A DNA stretch of 64,000 bases from Oculina patagonica (lineage: Eukaryota), in assembly GCF_052425735.1 (NCBI RefSeq), contig NC_135768.1:1054001-1118000 (forward strand). Direction: 5' to 3'. A program made the translations under genes and the position numbers. The notes under the pieces were generated by a model that saw only the letters and a program-made list of their open reading frames with translations, ran no database searches and had not been told where the DNA came from. How positions within the stretch are numbered: the stretch's first letter is position 1; every line of letters starts with the position of its first letter. Shown here one piece after another: positions 27,403-40,848 of the stretch.

Positions 27403-27816
27403 GTACAGGAGGAAAATTTAGGACAAAAGGACCTCTCTCTCTCTCGACCCAGCAGCATAACACGGTAATAGGTCGAAGTGAAGACCAACTTGATATGAAG
27501 AGCACGAACCAAAAGTCTGATTTGTTAGACACAAGAAATATGATTACAGACAATATACGACACAAAATCTTGCAGCAAAGTGTGAGGAAGACTACTTGGT
27601 CTACTTACAATAGATACTTTTAAGTATTAAAATATACTTATTACTATACGATTACTTCTAGCATTAAAAAAATATGATTACTGCAGTATTTACAATAGAG
27701 GGTCCTGAAAGGGGGGTGGGGACCTCAAATATTGAGTCTAATTATCTACATGAAAATCAGAACCACATTTTCTGCATATTTGTTAAGAAAAAGTCACATT
27801 AAACTTTTTCCATATT

Positions 27817-30800
27817 TTACTCCTTCTTAGTTTTGCTATCACTGCTTTTACAGCAAACACGACATAGACATCCACAAGCCAATCGTATCGCCATGCCAAC
27901 CAAGGTAACTATAGCAACAAGGAAAGCCATGACGTCTAGTAAGTAGTACTGATACCAAGGGATGTTAAACACTTGAGCTCTGAGGTGCCGGGCTCCACCA
28001 TGTCTGAGTACATACTCTATCCAATCACAGGTTTCTTGAAGAGGCGTTTGTCGACGATCCCTTAACAGTCTAGAGACGTTCATTGCTTTGCTTTTGAATC
28101 TAAAGAAGAAAGTCAAGGAGATAACTTCACTATTTTAGAGTAAATTCTATAATGTTATCTAACTGGCACTCTGTCCTATCCCTGAACTCTCCCTCCCGAT
28201 CCTTATATTATGGGATGAGCCCAGGTACGTGAAAAGAGATATTCTCTCTTCTCACGCCTAAGTTCAACACATACATTGGGTACGCAAGGGAAAATCGAGG
28301 GCCTGAACTAGCACTATTTCTGTTGAAAACCACCTGCTAGCAATTTGCTTAGCATCTGAAAGACTTGCAGATGTTACTTCACTCAACCCGTTAGTCCCGA
28401 GTGGAGGGAGGCCATTGATAAGCTTGTCCCCCGAGCTTCCACCAATGACAAGGTTGGAGCCAGCACAAAAGTCCGTAAAACGCTCACTGTTCTAGTATCC
28501 TCCCCAATTAATGTTTGCCGATCACCGCTGTATTAGTATGGCCTCTTTGTTCTTTGCCTTGTTGACTGTCTTAGTTGGTCAGAAGTGGTAGAAATCATCC
28601 TTTTCCCCTTTCCAGCTACCTTGCTGCTATAGCATAACACTGAATGATATGTGTGATAATCTTATTATGTCTGGTCCTGAACCTGACAATGGCAATTGAT
28701 CCAGCCTTGCGTGTCTCTAATGTCATTGTGTTTAGCGTGTTTCGTTGGCACACTTTTAGATAACCTGCGATCAGGCGTTATTTTTCTCGCGGCGGAGGGG
28801 AAGAATATACACACTGTGTTTAGCGTGTTTGGGCCATCACGCTTTTAGTCGTACGACTTTAAGAACGAATAATATACACATTGCGTTTAGCGTGTTTGGG
28901 CCATCACGCTTTTAGAACGAGGAATATACATTGTGTTTAGCGTGTTTCGTTGGCGTTGCGTTTAGCGTGTTTCTCCAGTCGACAATTATGTTGTCCACTC
29001 GTACGAGTCGACAATCCATCGCAGGGCCCTTGCCCGACAATATGATGGATATTTTTTAAGTGTCCTTAATGAGATGCATTTCTCCAGTCGACAAGTACGT
29101 TTCGCCAGTCGACAAGTACGTTATCCACTCGTACGACTCGACTCGTACGAGTCGACAACCCATCGCAGGGCCCTCGCTCGACAATATGATGGATATTTTT
29201 TAAGTGTCCTTAATGAGATGCATTTCTCCACTCGACAAGTTCGTTTCTCCAGTCGACAATTACGTTGTCCACTCGTACGAGTCGACAACCCATCGCAGGG
29301 CCCTTGCTCTGGATAATTACAGGGCTCAAAATAACGGCCGGTCAACGGACAATGTCCGGCCAAAATGACGATTTGTCCGGACAAAATTTTGGTTCGGCGG
29401 TCATTTTGACCGGTCACATACACGCCTTTCAAATAAATAACACACAAAAAAATATATTCGCAGTATTTCTTGAAATTTTACAGTAAAGTTAGAAAATATC
29501 ATAGCAGCTTGCAGTCACAAATTTGTAGAATACAGATGAGACGGTTACGCTCTGCGGATTTGTTAGCGGTTTGCTTAAAAAAAAAAACAGGAAACATCCA
29601 CGTCTCCCGGCGATATCAATCAATGAAAATCAATAATCAATAAAATTAATAATAATCAATAATAATCAATAAAAATTAATTGATTGGTATTGGAAATCAA
29701 TAAAAATCAATGCCTAAAAGTTGAGTGAGTATTGATTTTTATTGATTATCATTGATTGTTATTGATTATGATTTTTTTTATTTATTTGCAATAAAATGCA
29801 CTGTATGAATTAACAAACCATTCAGTTAACTTTATTTCCTGTGACAAATCAAATGTTTCAAGTGTAGCATTTTTACTGCAGTTTATCATATTAAAAAAGC
29901 GAACTAAAGCGTTTGATTTTTTTGAAACAAGAACATGTATAATTTTACTGTTAATTTATACTTTCTTCAGTTCCGGTGGGAATGCAAGGAAAAACGTGTG
30001 TAATTGAATCATCCTGGACGCATAAATATGCCCGTGATTTGTGACGCACGTCCAAGCTACTATGCACCATAAAGTTGCATAATCAGTTATTGATTATCTA
30101 TGAAAATCAATAATAATCAATAGCAATTAAGACCATTTGGTGAGTGAGTATCGATTTTTATTGATTGGTAGAACCAATCAATAATAATCAATAGATAATT
30201 ATTGATTTCTATTGATTATATTGATTGCAATCAATGATTGATTTTCATTGATTGATATCGCCGGGACGTCTGTAAATACGCCAAACAGACAACAATGAAC
30301 ATCGCATCAATCAACGTCTGCTATCAACACGCAATTACGTACGCAGGCGGGCCGAGAAAAATAGCGCTCGTTAGTGGATTTAAAAAAACTATATGCACCT
30401 TTAGAAAGTACGAGTTCGTAGCGTGTTTTTTACCAGCAAGATCATCAGAAAATAATAAAATCATTAAACGCTTTGAATGTCAAGTCAGTTTACTTTGGTC
30501 GCCCGCTTTGCGAAGCTCGTTGCGAATTACGTTGCGAATTTGCGAATCAAATTGCAAACTTCGATACAAAGTTCCCAACTTCGGCCCGACTGAACTACGC
30601 AAAATTACTAGTTAAGGAGAAACAAAACATGCTGCTCGGAAGTCATGGCGATCTGAACTCGATAATTTTCAAGTAAACAAGATTGCGGTGCGAATATCCA
30701 GGCGAATCCTGCAGCTTGCAAAATATTTGTTTTTACTAGTTTGAACAAATATACCGACGTCAATAAAAACCTTACATTTTTTAAACTGGTGCAGATTAAA

Positions 30801-33800
30801 ACCTTCTGTAATTTATTACGTTATCAGAAAGGGCTTTGCTACGCTTAACTGTTCGAAACAAATGTCATAAAAATAAAAGTATAAAGGTTCAAAAACTATG
30901 CAGAGTAACATAACATTACGGCTACTGAGCATTTTGTTTTATGTAGAGTAGAACGCAGAAGAAATAGAAATTCAAAAAGTGAACATAATAAAATGACACT
31001 TTTAGCGATCAAACATTTAAGCTTATACTCTTTAACAACGAGTGTTTTAGTTTATGAGGCGAAATTTTTGGCAGAATAGGCTATTGCTTCAAATTAAAAC
31101 TCAATATTTTGACCGGTCAAAAACGAGGCATGACCGAGCAAAAAATGATTTGGCCGGTCAACATGACCGGTCAGTATCCAAAAATTATTTTGAGCCCTGA
31201 ATTACTAAGTGTCCTTAATGAGATGCATTTCTCCACTGGACTGATGAACATTTACGACTCGTATCAGGTCGTGTATTTTGGACATGGGCCACAAATAAAC
31301 CAAAATAAATATTTACCTTGGTTCATTAATAACACGCTCAATTGTCTCAAACAGTTGCTGGGCGTTACTGGCTTGATAATCCACAGCAAGACCAAGGCCA
31401 AAACGTACTGTTTTTTTAGCATTACCGACCTGGTCACCATACAGAGGACACGCCACCACAGGGACACCATGATACATCGACTCATAAAAACTGTTCTGAC
31501 CCACATGGGAGACAAAAGCTTTGATGTCCTTGTGAGCCAATAGATCATTCTGAGGTAACCAGTCCACTACTTTGATGTTTTTGCCAAGGAAGGAAGGAAT
31601 GTAACCTGCAGCAGAGGAGAGAGACAACTATGTCAATAAACTTTTCCAGTTTAAAAAATTGATAAAAAAATAAGCTCAACACTGATGCTATATGTGGAAA
31701 TTTGGACCCATTTAATGGAAGCCAGCTAGCAGTGTAATGTGATGAATAATTAAATAATTATTGATCATACCAACAATGCAGAGTTAGACCCAGTCACTCA
31801 CCCATTGACCTACCGACTGAATTACCCATCCACCCACTGCTCAAGCAAGTAGATAAAAATTGTAACAAATGTACAGTACTTAGTTGAGTGACAACAAAAT
31901 CGATGATCAATTCCTATTTCGGGTTGTCAGCTACCAATAGCTTGTTGAAAACAAAACAAAATACATGTAAATTACCTTTTGGTTAATACTATTCAGAGGG
32001 AAAACAATAGACAAATCCCATCAGGACAGCCAAAAGGTGGCTGCTGTCACTTAAATGAGGTGGCCACTAAATAGAAGTTTTATTTACACCAGTATATTAA
32101 CGATACCTTTAAGTCTCCACACAACTTGTTGATTCAACTTCCCAAATGCTGTAGCTAACATGTCTACCACTGGTTTTGGAAGAGCTGATGCCACAGTTGC
32201 TCCAAAGGAAGCAATAATAAAACCATGGCCCCCTGAATTGCTGACAAATTCTTCTAAATCAGGGGGGAGGGGTTTAGCATCTTTGACATTCAATGGTCCA
32301 ACCATAACATTGCCTGTTGAATTATTACCACAATATAAAGTTATCACCAGCCAGGCCAGTGTAGACAACTCAAACATCCCTACCATGGTGTGACAAGGGG
32401 CTAGAATTGCAACCACACCCCCCCCTCCCCGAGCCCCCTTACGACTAAATTTCCCTTCAGAGGAGGGCACCACTACGGAAAGGTGCGGGAAGCAGGAGTA
32501 AGAGGTATAGGAAGTAGCAGGTTCAGACTTCCTGCACCCCCCCCCCCCTTACCACAATACAGGACTTGCTCTGAACTAAATAGCCCTTCAATCGCCCTGT
32601 CAGTTTTACGGTTTTTTTCTATTTTGGTCACATGGCTTTTCAAATGTGGCCATGATTTGAAACACTTGAAGGACTCTTCAATGGAACAATGTTGTGCCAA
32701 TAGCTTATCTGTAGGAGATTTGGTTTCCAAAAAGTGACAGTCAGAAACTTTTTATAGGAACAAATTAGTATTTAGGACCCCCCTTAAGAGCTTACACAAA
32801 CTTGACAGATAATGTTATCATAATTCAGCTCAAATATACAGGTCTTTTAATTATTGAAGATTATATACCTGGTAATAGGGGTTGTGCGTACTCCAAGGCA
32901 AAATCTGCCCTGAATATAACGAGTTCCACATCAGCCGCAGCCTCTTGAAAGCTGCGTTCAGGCTTGATGTTGTACTTGATTTTGAGAGCATTCATTGGTC
33001 TGTATAGTGCAAAATGCCAAAAAAGCCTCATCCAAACGTACATTCCCAGATTTATTGTACGTTCAACAAATGTCATTTTATCAGAAAATCCTGTGAGATG
33101 TTGTGGAACATAAGAGACTGGCATGGGTATCATGTGTTTAAGAGCGGCTGGGTTTGACGGACTAGGCATAACCTCCACTCTTGGAATATCAAGAAGTTCA
33201 CCAATCAATACAGCACATAAATCAACATTCTCATAGATGAGGAGATCAAAGCCTTTCAGTTCATTGAGAATCTCTGTGCTGTTCAAAGCACTTTCACAGA
33301 AGGTAGTCACCAATTCTCTCATTGTTAAAAACATTTGTATCTTGTTGCCCTCAAGCCCGGGCCGTGTAATGTTCTCTTCAAAGAAGCCAGGTTTATATGG
33401 TACTTGGTAAATCTTGTGTGGCACTTTCTCGCTGGACATGATTTTTTGGGTTGAGGGAACAACAAATACAACCTAAAATTCAGAATTGCAGATCAGTTAA
33501 CTCAACGGACCATATGAACCATAAAAAATAAAAAAATAAATAAATATATGTTTATAGTGGTCATGCACTTAGCTTCATATCTCAACGAGATAGCTAGTTT
33601 ACAGGCATGCCACTGAAACAGAGGAAACAAATAATTTTAAGTGAACATAACAAGGTTAAAAATCCCAACTGGCAGGAGGCAGACCAGTTGGCTATATACA
33701 GCTATATACAAAGCGTGACCGAGGATTTGAACACGGGACGACCGAGAAACAAATCCAGCTAGTGGCTAGGACAAGTCTTGAACCGGGGACCTCCGGATTA

Positions 33801-34096
33801 CAACAACAGCGCCACTCGCCAACTCGGCCACGCTTGCCTCCGTTTTGTGATCTTTCTTCTTTTTCTTCCTTTTTCAGTGACCTTAATTAGTGCCGATTTG
33901 GACACTAGATAGAATGGTTAAGCATGGCAGTGCAAAAATTTTTCTTTACCTCGTGGCCTCTAGACGCCAGTTCTTCCAATGTATTCCTTGTGTTGATGTA
34001 GTGTGATCCTCCAATGGCACAGAATCCAGCAATCCGAGCCGACAAAGCCGAGTTGATTGCTAGTAAAAGCGTGAAGAACAACCACAACAACGCCAT
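27817..34096 (-). CDS. UGT: UGT gene D, 509 aa: exons 34096-33950, 33472-32869, 32313-32107, 31605-31317, 28099-27817
   Basis: Exon lengths 147+604+207+289+283; canonical splice sites; UGT signature ending PLYGDQ; TM helix and KTKKE tail. Confidence 0.93.
28725..29310. repeat. Minisatellite/tandem repeats: TTTAGCGTGTTT units, then ~140-bp GTCGAC/CTCGTACGAG units; the last unit resumes at 31205-31262
   Basis: Repeated TAAGTGTCCTTAATGAGATGCATTTCTCCA and CCACTCGTACGAGTCGACAA. Confidence 0.8.
29320..31199. mobile_element. hAT-like non-autonomous element inserted in a tandem repeat in intron 4 of D
   Basis: TIR CAGGGCTCAAAATAA; flanking AATTA repeat; subterminal GACCGG/CCGGTCA repeats. Confidence 0.75.
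29606..30265. mobile_element. Nested MITE rich in AATCAAT/ATTGATT
   Basis: TIR CCCGGCGATATCAATCAATGAAAATCAAT; 6-bp flanking repeat ACGTCT. Confidence 0.8.
33610..33841 (-). mobile_element. tRNA-derived SINE, family 2 relative
   Basis: Reverse-complement homology to 16610-16820. Confidence 0.7.
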
Positions 34097-34400
34097 CTTC
34101 GCTGTCAATGGTTGTCCGTCGACCTCGTCACGCAATGCGATGGGCGAGAAAAGGTTGGACCCAGTCTTTCGCGCCTTGCCGCGCGTACCATGCCCTCCCT
34201 GCGTTGCAGCCCAACTTGTCACAAAATCCTCTGTGTGTTTCTTGAGTAAGATAACTTATAGAGTGTTTTTCATGGCAGCCATGTTGGAGGAGTAAAACAA
34301 CAAAAAATATTTGCATAAAAATTTTTTTTCCCGCCATGAACACACTTAGAATATCAATTAGCTAATTGATATGCGTGACCGTGGAAAAGTTACACTCCAC

Positions 34401-34527
34401 CCCGTGGCCTCGAGATGCCAATTCTTCCAATTTAAGCCTCATGTTTATGTACTGTGATCCTCCAAGGATAGTAAAACCAGCAATCCGGGCCGAGAAAACT
34501 GAGTTTACTACTGGGCATCTTTGACAT
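34401..34527 (-). pseudogene. Degenerate UGT exon 1 (paralog of gene I exon 1), 305 bp upstream of gene D exon 1
   Basis: The homologous frame reads VVNSVFSARIAGFTILGGSQYINMRLKLEELASRGHG|GT. The signal-peptide part is deleted and the ATGs at 34527 and 34518 are out of frame. Confidence 0.85.
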
Positions 34528-34686
34528 CTTTACTGTCCGTGTTCAACGAACTGTGGCGGTTCGAGTCCAAGTCACGCAATCTTTAGACTAACGAAAGGAT
34601 AATATATCCGATATGTATGGTAATTAGGTATTTTGTGTTGTGTGTGTGTGACGGAGGCTTAAGCACGAATAGCAAAGATCGAAAAG
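34528..34686. promoter_or_regulatory. Putative bidirectional promoter between pseudo-exon 1 (-) and gene E (+)
   Basis: Inverted homolog of 61317-61462; GTCACGCAA at 34571-34579. Confidence 0.55.
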
Positions 34687-37600
34687 ATGGCGTTGTTTTC
34701 GTTGCTCCTTCTTTCTCTAGCAGTCAACTCAGCTTTGTCGGCCCGGATCGCTGGATTCTGGACCGCCGGAGGATCACAGTACATTAACATAAGGCATACG
34801 ATGGAAGAACTGGCTTCCAGGGGGCATGAGGTATATAGAAACACTGTTTACTCAAGAGGTTTTATAACCGCTCTGCTTAACGAAATTAGTTTCTTTGTAC
34901 CCTGCTGAAAGCAGTCCCTATTAAAAATTCCCTCTCAAAGATTGTCGAGTGAAAGCGAAAGCCTTGAGAAAATATTGGCTAATATTTGGCGTCTCTCGGT
35001 CCATGTATGAACCAATGTCCCTTGCATGATGGCATCACAAGTAATACACGTTCGATTAGTTCAAAGGGCAAACGCACAGAGCGTGAACCAAAAGTGACAA
35101 TAGAAAGCAAGGGACCGCGGACGAAAATGCTGCTAGTGTACGTAGGAGCTGGAGACAGCTCTAATCAGCCAAAAATAAAAAAAAAAACAGAGACAAGAAC
35201 TGCAAGGCTGACACTACGTAGAAATGAAACGGGACAACGACATGCCAAACAATGTGTTGACTTGTGTGATACGGGTTGAGTAACTTTTATGTGAATGGGA
35301 CGGGGAGGGTCATCGTTTCGCTAAGCTAGGGGTATGCATTACACACTTAGCTACACTTGGTCTTGCAGGACAGACAGAACGTTAAGATTTTTAGCCGTCG
35401 AAGACTCATTAAATGTCATTTAGGGTCGCACATGAAGAAATAATCAAATGTTCTTTGTGTTATTTCGAGTAACCGTGAAAGCTGCTGTCTCGGTCAAAAA
35501 ACGTGAAATCTGCCACGCAATTTGAGTTACAATTGCAATTCAATATACCGGTATGTATACATGCATATGTTGTAGTTTAACCCTCGGATATACGGGGGGG
35601 GGGAGGGATGCCACTCCCCTCCAAGTTTTGTCGTAATTTTGAAATTTTGGATCGCCCTCAAGGGAGCGTTGCGTGACGAGTCCAAACAACGACTGCGAAG
35701 GAGACTAAAAAAGCTTCAGCTACGCCCAGACTGGTCTTCTTTACTGGGGGATTAATTCACATTTGCCCACAAACATCCTCGTCCCTTTGATGTGGGAGTC
35801 CGGACCGCAGGGGTGTGTTCCATACTTGCAACTGTATTAAGATCAGTTTGCTTTTTTTCGGCGTGAAAATTCACAACCTTGAAGCTCTCCCTTCCTCTAA
35901 GCCTTTGACCAAGAGACCCCTCCAAAGCCTGATCTTCAAAATACATCTTCATCGAGTCAGTCGGGTGTTACCATGGTTATAAAACGTCATCATACCGTAT
36001 AGGCGTTTAAGACCAATAAATTGCTTCGCTTTAGGGGTCAAAAAGCTTTTAATAGGATCATTGGCTGTCGCCATTTGGGTCGTCACGCAAGGCATGACTG
36101 GAGGGAGCGTTGTGTGACGAGTCCAAACAACGGCTCCGAAGAAAACTAAAAGAAGCTTCAGCTTTGCCCAGTAGTAGGGGATTAATTCAAATTTCCCTAC
36201 GAACATAAAAAAAAATCCTCGTCCCTTTCAAGTGGGCAACCGCACCCCAGGGGTATGGTCAATATTTGCTTTTGTTATTGAGATCATTTTGCTTTTTTTC
36301 TGACGTTTAGGTAACTTTGGTTGTCCCATCGTCCCATAAAATCAAACCAAGTGAGAAAGTGGTACACAAGATTTACCAAGTACCGTATAAACCTGGCTTC
36401 CTTGAAAATGACATGGTACGGCTTGAAGTTGAGGGAAACAAGTTACAGTTGATAATGAAAATGAGCGAGATACAAAATGTCATTTGTGAAAGATTTTTAG
36501 AGAGCGCAGAGTTTCTGGAGGAACTGAAAAGCTTCGACCTCATTGTTTATGACAGTCTAGCAGTTTGTCCGGCAGTAATGCTTGGCGAACGCCTTGACAT
36601 TCCAAGAGTGGAAATTATACCTCTTCCTCCAAATGCACCATTCGGCTTTAACCACAGGGTACCCATGCCTGTCTCTTATGTTCCACAACTATTCACGGGA
36701 TTTTCCGATAAAATGACTTTTGTAGAACGTGTAGTGAATTTTGTAGCGTACTTTGGAGGAAAACTGTTAATTTATATGACGTGTAACAGACCAATGAATG
36801 CGTTGAAGGTCAAGTACAGCATCAAACCTGAACGAAGCTTTCACGAAGCTGCTGGTGATGCTGAGCTTGTTATATTTACAGCAGATTTTGCTTTGGAGTA
36901 TGCACAACCTCTTTTGCCAGGTAGGGTACTGCATACCAGACCTTCCAACTCTCACGATTTGGTCGTGAGACTCACGATTTCAAGCTTTCAGGACTCATCT
37001 CACGGTGTCACGATTTAACCTCGAAATCTCACGGTTTTCCATGATGAATTACATCCAATAGTCAATCAGAACGGCCTATAATCAACTCGATCTTATAAAA
37101 AATTATAGTTGCGAATACAAATCAACTCGATTAAGAAGGATTAAATATTGCAATGTTGCGTTTCCTCTTACTGGGGAATCTGGACCGAGCTATTTTTAAT
37201 TTTAAACCTCGTTGTTTCAAGTCCCAAAAGGGCACTAATTATGTGCTGTAGGTTTCAATTTGCAAATACTCTATTTGAAATTGCGAAAAACTCCACGTAT
37301 ATATAACAAGTTCTGAATTGAAATTTAATTTTCTTGTTTGAAATCTATTCAGACTGTTTTTTTTTTTTGCAAAATCAAGTTCCCAAAGCTACAGTCTACT
37401 CGACTCTATTTTATGGACATTTATACCTTAAATAGCAATGGAATTATTGTATTATATTATCTCCCGGGTAAAAGAAATTTTTTTTTTTAACCAAACAAGG
37501 GCAGGTTTTTATGCTGTAAGAACGTAATCTTACCTTATAAATATTTTAGGATTTTTTTTTTTTCAAATAAGTCGATACTGTACTAGTGAAGAAATAATTC

Positions 37601-39721
37601 AACATGACACGAGCGTGGGACAAAGAAAAAAATCTAAGTCCCCGACGGGAATCGAACCCATGGCCTCCCAGATACCGGTTGGGCGCTCTAACCAACTGAG
37701 CTACGAGAGACTCGCTGTGAGCTGAGCCATTTACTAGGTTGATACTAATTGGTTTATATAGGCGCTTATACCTCTATATTGCTGGGTTTATTCTGCTTAA
37801 GATGTTTTGGGGATTTTACTCAACAGGCAATGTTATGGTTGGACCACTGAATGTAAAAGATGCCTCAAAACCCCTCCCCCCTGATTTAGACAAATTTGTC
37901 AGCAACTCAGGGGGCCATGGTTTTATCATTGTTTCCTTTGGATCAAATGTGGCATCACTTCTTCAAAAACCAGTGGTGGATATGTTAGCTACAGCATTTG
38001 GAAAGCTGGAACAACGAGTTGTGTGGAGACTCAAAGGTATTTAAACAGTTAGATGTAAACACTTACACATATTTTCTTGTAAATTTTGGACAGGGCCGTG
38101 GCCTCGATGCGAGCATTTAATTTTGAAGTGCATTGAGCTTTATAAGTGCAATCTTTCCAAGAATGATGATTTCTTTGGTAAAAAATCAATATCGATTAGC
38201 AAAAGGAAAATCACATACATTTATACTGTTCAAAAGATTAACAGGTTCATTCAGTTATGTTAGTCATACAATTTACACACGTGTCTCTCTCGACTCCCCT
38301 GCAGGTTACATTCCTTCCTTCATTGCCCCAAACATCAAAGTAGTGGACTGGTTACCTCAGAATGATCTATTGGCTCACAAGGACATCAAAGCTTTTGTCT
38401 CACATGTAGGACACAACAGTCTTTATGAGTCGGCGTATCATGGTGTCCCTGTGGTGGCCTTTCCTCTGTATATAGACCAGCAAAGTAATGCCCAGAAAGT
38501 AGAACATTTTGGCCTTGGTTTGGCTGTGGATTGGAAAAGCTGTAACGCCCAACAATTAATCGATACAATCGATCGTGTTATAAATGAACCAAGGTAATGT
38601 TTAGCTTTGTCGTTAGTTAAACCTTAACCTATATCATGTATGAACGAGACATTTTGAAAAACCTGTGTAAGTATTCAGTATAACAGAACAAAGGTGGGAC
38701 CAAGGTAACTGCGTTGTTTAGTTTGTTTGCTTGCCTCGTTCGTTTTGTTTTGGCATTAAAGTGACTGTGTCACGACTGAGTTAAGTTTATTACATTTAGT
38801 TTTGCCAAATGCTTCCCATGAACTTAATGTTTGCAAAGAAATTAATTCTATGGATCTTAATGACAGAACCATAACTTCAAAGCAACCAAATGTCCCGGCC
38901 AAATGTGTATCCCTGAGGTTATATTTTAGAGTTTCAAGCAAACGAGACTAACTTTGAAAACTGTTTAGCCCAACAATATTTCAAAAACCCATATCGCAAT
39001 CCGTTTCCATCTTCGTCACTTTTGGCCATCCGTACCTTCTTTTGTATTTGCTGTGTTATTGAAATGTTTCCTCACTATTTTAAGTGGTTATTTTTTATAT
39101 CTCACCGAATTTGATAGTCATTTCCCATCACTAAATTTGGCTAAAATCCGTGACACAGTCCCTTTAATTAAAGTGGGTTGTGCAATGAAGCTGTTTAATT
39201 GGGCGGGGGGACGTCCCAGAGGAAAAATTGCGTGACAACATTACCTTAGTTATAAGGTCTTATAAGCGTAAGCTACTCATTAAGTAAGTGAGCCAAGAGA
39301 ATGTTAGCCCAACTGTTCCCCACTGTGATTTCAGGTTTCTAATTTTGCTCAATTTGCACATGTTCAAATGCCGGTGATTAACTCAGGTGCTTCTTCTTCT
39401 AATCATGTGGAATAATAAGATGAACATTTCTTCTTCAGATTTAAAACAACAGCAATGCATATCTCTGGCCTGTTGAAGGATCGCCGACGAACGCCTCTTC
39501 AAGAAACCTGTGATTGGATAGAGTATGTACTCAGACATGGTGGAGCCCGGCACCTCAAAGCTCAAGTGTTTAACATCCCTTGGTATCAGTACTACTTACT
39601 TGACGTCATGGCTTTCCTTGTTGCTATAGTTACCTTGGTTGTCATGGTGATAAGATTGGCGTGCAGATGCCTGTGCCGTGTGTGCTGTAGAAAGAGTGAT
39701 GACAAAACTAAGAAGGAGTAA
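34687..39721 (+). CDS. UGT: UGT gene E, 511 aa: exons 34687-34830, 36311-36920, 37827-38036, 38305-38593, 39439-39721
   Basis: Exon lengths 144+610+210+289+283; GT-AG; UGT signature ending PLYIDQ; TM helix and KTKKE tail. Confidence 0.93.
37637..37711 (-). repeat. tRNA-like sequence (Thr-GGT-like pseudo-tRNA or SINE head)
   Basis: GTCTCTCGTAGCTCAGTTGGTTAGAGCGCCCAACCGGTATCTGGGAGGCCATGGGTTCGATTCCCGTCGGGGACT followed by a T7 run. Stems are imperfect. Confidence 0.55.
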
Positions 39722-40848
39722 ACCTGAAAATATATTTGTGTGCCTGTATGTTAATAAGTCGTGTTATGTGAAAAACTGCCCTTTGGAAGGCGGAGTTAGC
39801 GTTAGAAAAATTGTTAATGTGCTTGTTTATTTTAAACAAATTTAGTAGTGTTTTACATTATACATACTCATTAAGTCTAATCGACTGACACCAAGGCTTT
39901 CCTGAAAGAAAAATTTAAAAATGGCATATCTATGAGATCCGGTAGAAACGTGAAATGAATGAAGTGATCTTTGTACTGTTTTGAGCAATTTAATTTACCC
40001 AGCTGTTTTTGTAAGCTTGAAAAAAAAAATCAAATCTTCCTACTGTGCAAGCAATTCAATCCAAGCAATGACTTTTTTAACCCGAAAAATAAAAACATTC
40101 AAGGCCCTTACATGATTCGAATCTGTAACCCCCTCCCCAACGACACGCTTTCTCCTACCAATTGATCTATCACTTTTAGTTCTAAGCTTAACTTTTAATA
40201 AGTTTTACATTTCATAAATCTGATAACTAGTTACGTGTGTCATAACGTTTAATATCAGTTACTTGCATTATTGTTTTATGAATTTTGTACCCTTTTTTAT
40301 TAATACAAGGCATGTAAGGTGGTGGTAGTTGTAGTTTCAATAAACAGAAGCAGCTGTGTTTATGCTCACATTTTATTTGCCGGTAATGTTTTCAATATTT
40401 TAAAAACGATAATGGTAAGATGGATCGAACTATGTACGCTACTATGTAGCTACAAGAACGTAGCGGCCCCATGGCAGTAGCGACCCCCCCCCCCCCGAAA
40501 TTACCGACCTCTCGAAAATACCAATCCCCCACGAAAGGACCCCCTTCCTCCTCCCCCCCCCGACCCCGAAAGTGGCGGATTCCTGGAAGAAGCGGGCCTC
40601 CGATCGGAACTTTTATGGAATCAGTATATGAAAGGAAATTCTGCAAAGTGATTGAGGTCCCATTCTCTCGTTGAAAAATTCGCGGATTTTTGCAAATTTT
40701 AACATGGGAAAATGTTAACACTTCCAAATGTCACTAAGCCTTTCACTGTCACGCGCGAACGTTTCATGATTCTTCACCTAAAGATTTTGTGACGGAAAAC
40801 CCTTTTATAACATAATTGGTCTAATTGAGCTGATCCGGACAAGCGAAC

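Noticed and set aside
28725-29310. Possible CRISPR-like repeat-spacer array
   Set aside because: The intervening sequences are themselves repeated, there are no unique spacers or cas genes, and the context is a eukaryotic intron.
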